From Bacteroidia bacterium (GTDB taxonomy: Bacteria; Bacteroidota; Bacteroidia; AKYH767-A; OLB10): 64,000 nucleotides of DNA. The stretch is from assembly GCA_038206385.1 (NCBI GenBank), contig JBBRAW010000003.1, forward strand, positions 17,211 through 81,210, given 5' to 3'. The position numbers and the translations under genes are program-made. The notes under the pieces were generated by a model that saw nothing but the letters and a program-made list of their open reading frames with translations, ran no database searches and was not told where the DNA came from. Below are positions 60,302-64,000 of the stretch, one piece after another; the first letter of the stretch is position 1, and every line of letters starts with the position of its first letter.

Positions 60302-62152
60302 TCATTTCAAACGCAATTTTATTACGCCTTCTACTCCTCTTTCAAACCAAAAATTTTGCAGACAACGTTTTTTTAATGCTTCATCCTTTAAGAATGCAGA
60401 ATCCGCAATTAATACTTGTTCGCGACCTTTTATGTAACCAAATGCTTGATGTTTAGGAATAGCATAAGCAATTATCAACTCTTGATTTCTTTGAGAATAT
60501 AATTCTATCAATTGTGAACAAGAAATTAAAATTGCAATAACAAGAAACATCGACAATGGCATAAATTGTTTTTTAATTAAATACGAAACGCCAAATAGGA
60601 TCAATAAATAAAGTAAAATACACTCAACAACAGTAATTGAAATTCCGCTTGTAACCGAATAAGGAATTCTTTCCATCCACAATACTGATCGGTTTACGAA
60701 TGCAATAATTTCTGCATCAGCGAAAGCAACCCAAGCACCAAGATATGGAACGAATGATACAACAACCGATAACACACTAAGGTAAATAGCAAGCGTAGTG
60801 AGTGGAATCACCAATAAATTAGAAAGAATAAACAAGTTTGGAAACTGATGAAAATAATACAAACTAATAGGTGCGGTAACAATCTGCGCGCAAATTGAAA
60901 CAGAGGTCAGCTCCCATGTTTTATGCAAAAAATTATTAGGCATTGTAACTTTTGGTAATAACATCGGATGCAAATATGCAATTCCAAAAACTGCTAAATA
61001 GGATAATTGAAATCCTGCTTCCGTAAGCATAAATGGATTCCAACAAAGTAAAACTAATAGTGAAACTGCAAGTGTATTTAAAATTGGACTTTTAGCATGA
61101 ATCCATTTTCCAGTAATCACAAGACTTAACATCATTGCAGAGCGTAATACGGATGAAGAAAATCCGGAAAGCATTGCATAAGCCCAAATCAAAATCATGA
61201 TTAACGGAAAATAAAGATGTTTCAACCACTTATTTTTTTCCATAAAACTTAATGCAGCGGCAAGAATTAAATAAATTACACCGACATGCATTCCGGAAAC
61301 AGACAATACATGTAACGTTCCAGAACTAGAATATGCTTGCATCAACTCAGGATCAATTGCATCATCATCACCAACAATTAAAGCTACCGCAACAGCACAC
61401 GATTGCTCATCCTTAATTTCTTTATACAGCATCGCAGTAATAATTGCTCTCCATTCCAATGCTTTTGCAATAAATGGATTTCCATCATTACCTAATAGTA
61501 ATTTCCATTGATCTCTTTTTACGTAAGCTTGATTATAAATCTGCTTGTAAGACAAAAATTTCTTGTAATCAAATTCTTCAGGATTTCCTGGACCGGCAAT
61601 TTCATTTGTCCTCACATGAAGGAGTAAGTGATCACCATATTTGATTCGTCGGATTTCTTTACTTTTTTCAAAATACATTAAGATTTTCCCCTCTGTTTGC
61701 AGCCATTTCGTTCCATCAAAAATTTGCAAAACTTTTGCCGTAGTCTTAATTAATTTCGTATGTTCTACTAATGCATCATCAATGGAAATATAAAAATACT
61801 GCGCTTTAAAATGCGTAAAATGTCGTGGGCGATTTCTCTCCGAATGAATTCCAACAACAATAATTCCAAGCCATAAAAATAGCCAAGTGATGAAAACTCC
61901 AGGCAAAAATTTCAACTTCCATTTTGTCATTCCTTTTAACAATCCCGAAAGAAAAAAAAGCACTAATGAAACAGCAATAATTATCGTCGTAACATTTAAT
62001 GGGAAAACATAAAACAAAGACATTGTAATTCCACATAGAAAAGGAATAAGAATCCTTAACACTGGAATCTGTCGCGTAATGGGCGGTTGTTCGAATCGAA
62101 TTTTCATACAGCCAGCAAAAGTAAATAGCAGTTCTCGCCTACTCGGTCGCAA
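60302..62152 (-). CDS. ComEC/Rec2 family competence membrane protein (no MBL domain)
   Basis: DUF4131-like N-terminal TM region followed by competence-domain TM bundle. True start may be the internal MKIRF (about 62107). Confidence 0.75.
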   Translation of the reverse strand: MRPSRRELLFTFAGCMKIRFEQPPITRQIPVLRILIPFLCGITMSLFYVFPLNVTTIIIAVSLVLFFLSGLLKGMTKWKLKFLPGVFITWLFLWLGIIVVGIHSERNRPRHFTHFKAQYFYISIDDALVEHTKLIKTTAKVLQIFDGTKWLQTEGKILMYFEKSKEIRRIKYGDHLLLHVRTNEIAGPGNPEEFDYKKFLSYKQIYNQAYVKRDQWKLLLGNDGNPFIAKALEWRAIITAMLYKEIKDEQSCAVAVALIVGDDDAIDPELMQAYSSSGTLHVLSVSGMHVGVIYLILAAALSFMEKNKWLKHLYFPLIMILIWAYAMLSGFSSSVLRSAMMLSLVITGKWIHAKSPILNTLAVSLLVLLCWNPFMLTEAGFQLSYLAVFGIAYLHPMLLPKVTMPNNFLHKTWELTSVSICAQIVTAPISLYYFHQFPNLFILSNLLVIPLTTLAIYLSVLSVVVSFVPYLGAWVAFADAEIIAFVNRSVLWMERIPYSVTSGISITVVECILLYLLILFGVSYLIKKQFMPLSMFLVIAILISCSQLIELYSQRNQELIIAYAIPKHQAFGYIKGREQVLIADSAFLKDEALKKRCLQNFWFERGVEGVIKLRLK

Positions 62153-62221
62153 CCGAATATAAGTACTTGAAAGTTATTTAACCGAAATCTAGTATTCGTA
62201 AATAAGCAGTATTTTTGCCGA

Positions 62222-62836
62222 ATGACCATTATCCTTCTTGCAATCACCATCATCATTTCACTAATTGGATTCTCCAATGAGATGATTCAACAAAAGTTAA
62301 TTTTTAATGCTTACCAAATTCATCATCGCAAAGAATGGTGGCGAATGCTTAGCTCGGGATTTATTCATGGCGACTTTATGCATTTACTATTTAACATGTT
62401 TGTACTTTATGGCTTCGGACAAGCTGTAGAAGGCTATTACGATGCAGCTTTTGATACCAGTGGTTCATTCAATTTTATCGTGCTTTATTTAGCTGCAATT
62501 ATGGTTGCTAATTTACCATCACTCATCAAGTACAAGGATGCAAGTTATTACAATTCCCTAGGCGCTTCAGGTGGCGTTGCCGCGATATTATTTGCAGCCA
62601 TCTTATTTGATCCGTGGTCGAAGATTTATTTGTTTGGTGTGATAGGCGTTCCTGGAATTGTGCTCGGCCCACTTTATTTATTTTACGAATACCGGTCTGG
62701 ACAAAAAGCAAATGATCATATTAATCACGATGCACATTTTTGGGGTGCTTTATTTGGATTAGCATTTACAATTATCATGAACCCGAAAATTGTAATTCAT
62801 TTTACAAATCAACTCATCAATAATTTCCCATTATAA
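62222..62836 (+). CDS. rhomboid family intramembrane serine protease
   Basis: 'GASGGVAAILFA' GxSG catalytic serine. His in TM6 'HFWGALFG'. Confidence 0.85.
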   Translation: MTIILLAITIIISLIGFSNEMIQQKLIFNAYQIHHRKEWWRMLSSGFIHGDFMHLLFNMFVLYGFGQAVEGYYDAAFDTSGSFNFIVLYLAAIMVANLPSLIKYKDASYYNSLGASGGVAAILFAAILFDPWSKIYLFGVIGVPGIVLGPLYLFYEYRSGQKANDHINHDAHFWGALFGLAFTIIMNPKIVIHFTNQLINNFPL

Positions 62837-62838
62837 GA

Positions 62839-63675
62839 ATGACATCTTCAATTTTAAATGGTGAATTAGTAAACAGCGACGCACCAACATCATTACAAAT
62901 AAACCGTAGCTTTTTATATGGTGATGGTTTCTTTGAAACAATGCGTTTTGTGAATCAAAAAATTGTTTTTGAAGAAGATCATTGGAGAAGAATTCGTAAA
63001 AGCATAGAATTACTTAAGCTCAACACCGAAACAATTCCTGATCGAGAGAAATTGATTGATGAAATAAAATTACTAGTTGAAGCAAATAAAATCACTTCTT
63101 CTGCACGAGTTCGCTTAACACTATTTCGAAATGCAGATGGCTTTTATATTCCGCAAAATAATCAATCTGGATATTTTTTATCGTGCTTTCCATTGGTGGA
63201 TAAACGTGATAATTATTTAGAAGGAATTCGTGTAGGGATTTATCAAGACCAAAAAAAGATTGCAGGAAAATTATCGCATCTAAAATCAACGAGTGCACAA
63301 CTGTATGTGATGGCAGGAATTTATGCTCGTGAAAATAATTTTGATGATGTATTAATTCTCAATCAAAATGGAAATTGCATTGAAAGCGTTAGTTGTAATT
63401 TATTTTTGGTGAAAGATAAAACATTGCTCACACCACCAATCTCGGAAGGATGCGTAGATGGTGTTTTCAGAAAAAATATTTTACGAGCAGCAAACGAACT
63501 GGGAATTCAAGCGCATGAATCTATCATTACACAAATGGATTTAGCAGATGCAGAAGAAATATTTCTTAGCAATGTAATTCGTGGAATTCAAACTATCAAA
63601 AAAATGGATGAAGGAACGTATGCGAATTCTATCACCAAAAAAATTAGCGATTACTTTACGAAATTATATCGCTAA
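62839..63675 (+). CDS. aminotransferase class IV (branched-chain amino acid aminotransferase / ADC lyase-like)
   Basis: Fold-type IV PLP enzyme pattern 'FLYGDGFFETMRF', 'E.S..N.F'. Confidence 0.8.
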   Translation: MTSSILNGELVNSDAPTSLQINRSFLYGDGFFETMRFVNQKIVFEEDHWRRIRKSIELLKLNTETIPDREKLIDEIKLLVEANKITSSARVRLTLFRNADGFYIPQNNQSGYFLSCFPLVDKRDNYLEGIRVGIYQDQKKIAGKLSHLKSTSAQLYVMAGIYARENNFDDVLILNQNGNCIESVSCNLFLVKDKTLLTPPISEGCVDGVFRKNILRAANELGIQAHESIITQMDLADAEEIFLSNVIRGIQTIKKMDEGTYANSITKKISDYFTKLYR

Positions 63676-63677
63676 TT

Positions 63678-64000
63678 TTACGATCCGATCTCTTGCAACT
63701 CTAACCATCGTATTGATTTTTCATCAATAGTTGCTTCGGCTGCTTTGTAATCAGCAGCAATCTTTTGCATCTTCTCGTGTGGTATCGATCCATCGTTCAT
63801 CATGTCCATCAACACTTTTTTCTTCTTCTCTAACAGTTCAATTTCTTTTTCGATTTCTTTCAGTTCATGCTGCTCTTTAAAACTAAGCTTATTCTTTTTC
63901 TTAGCAGGCTCAGGCTTTTTCTCCTCGATAACTTCAACTTTAGCAACTGTTTTTTTCTTGTTCGGTAGATCTTCTAACTTCTCACGATACTCGGTATAAT
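63678..64000 (-). CDS. ABC-F family ATPase, C-terminal coiled-coil tail (partial, continues beyond window)
   Basis: The - strand encodes '...KLEDLPNKKKTVAKVEVIEEKKPEPAKKKNKLSFKEQHELKEIEKEIELLEKKKK...' as in Uup-type ABC-F tails. The listed + ORF 63802..63999 is its shadow. Confidence 0.55.
   Translation of the reverse strand, partial: YTEYREKLEDLPNKKKTVAKVEVIEEKKPEPAKKKNKLSFKEQHELKEIEKEIELLEKKKKVLMDMMNDGSIPHEKMQKIAADYKAAEATIDEKSIRWLELQEIGS

Noticed and set aside
63802-63999. 65-aa + strand ORF at window end
   Set aside because: Low-complexity (S/F-rich) shadow of the - strand ABC-F coiled-coil tail, which gives a coherent Lys/Glu-rich protein.

Overview
The window is 64 kb of an AT-rich (about one-third GC) Bacteroidota chromosome. 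Lineage evidence: T9SS C-terminal sorting domains, BatD/BatE, DUF4293-rho synteny, Rho with a long N-terminal extension, and PIN-PhoH. Bases 1-14.8 kb hold a tightly packed + strand polysaccharide (O-antigen/EPS-type) locus: three hypotheticals, a SAM methyltransferase, three GT4 glycosyltransferases, an AsnB-type amidotransferase, a Wzy-like polymerase, a bi-domain Zn-ADH/Gfo-Idh-MocA oxidoreductase, a DUF354 protein. Directly after it lies a ~2.7 kb accessory insert bounded by a diverged duplicate of the DUF354 gene's last 19 codons. The insert carries a T9SS cargo gene with an in-frame TAG, a degenerate tandem-repeat block, and an antitoxin plus a ParE-like toxin with an in-frame TAA. Then come housekeeping genes on the - strand (cysteine desulfurase, glmM, ribBA), an 830-bp non-coding hairpin array, and a divergent tyrosine-catabolism pair (FAH-family hydrolase and hmgA). 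A 1551-aa T9SS cargo protein with internal repeats follows. A ~2.7 kb cassette (SDR, small membrane proteins, DUF1003) is flanked by ~100-bp direct repeats and abuts a dense repeat mosaic and tRNA-Ala(GGC). The rest includes pyrC, a BatA-domain protein, PIN-PhoH, tandem Ala-rich lipoproteins, an LTA-synthase-family protein, a lipid kinase, methyltransferase, NlpC/P60 peptidase, phosphoribosyltransferase, batD/batE and a 1020-aa BNR/PKD/T9SS protein. Further on is an IS200-like/REP-associated tyrosine transposase gene flanked by ~220-bp structured direct repeats, then ArsR-SRPBCC, a decayed T9SS gene fragment, a metallophosphoesterase, DUF4293-rho, an Mpl-like Mur ligase, an MBL hydrolase, ComEC/Rec2, rhomboid, a class IV aminotransferase and a partial ABC-F gene. 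The most unusual signals are several families of GC-rich palindromic repeats. One family frames the transposase and shows compensatory stem changes. A related family marks the two accessory cassettes. There are two nonsense-interrupted genes in one inserted segment. No CRISPR array, rRNA or recognisable integrase was found.
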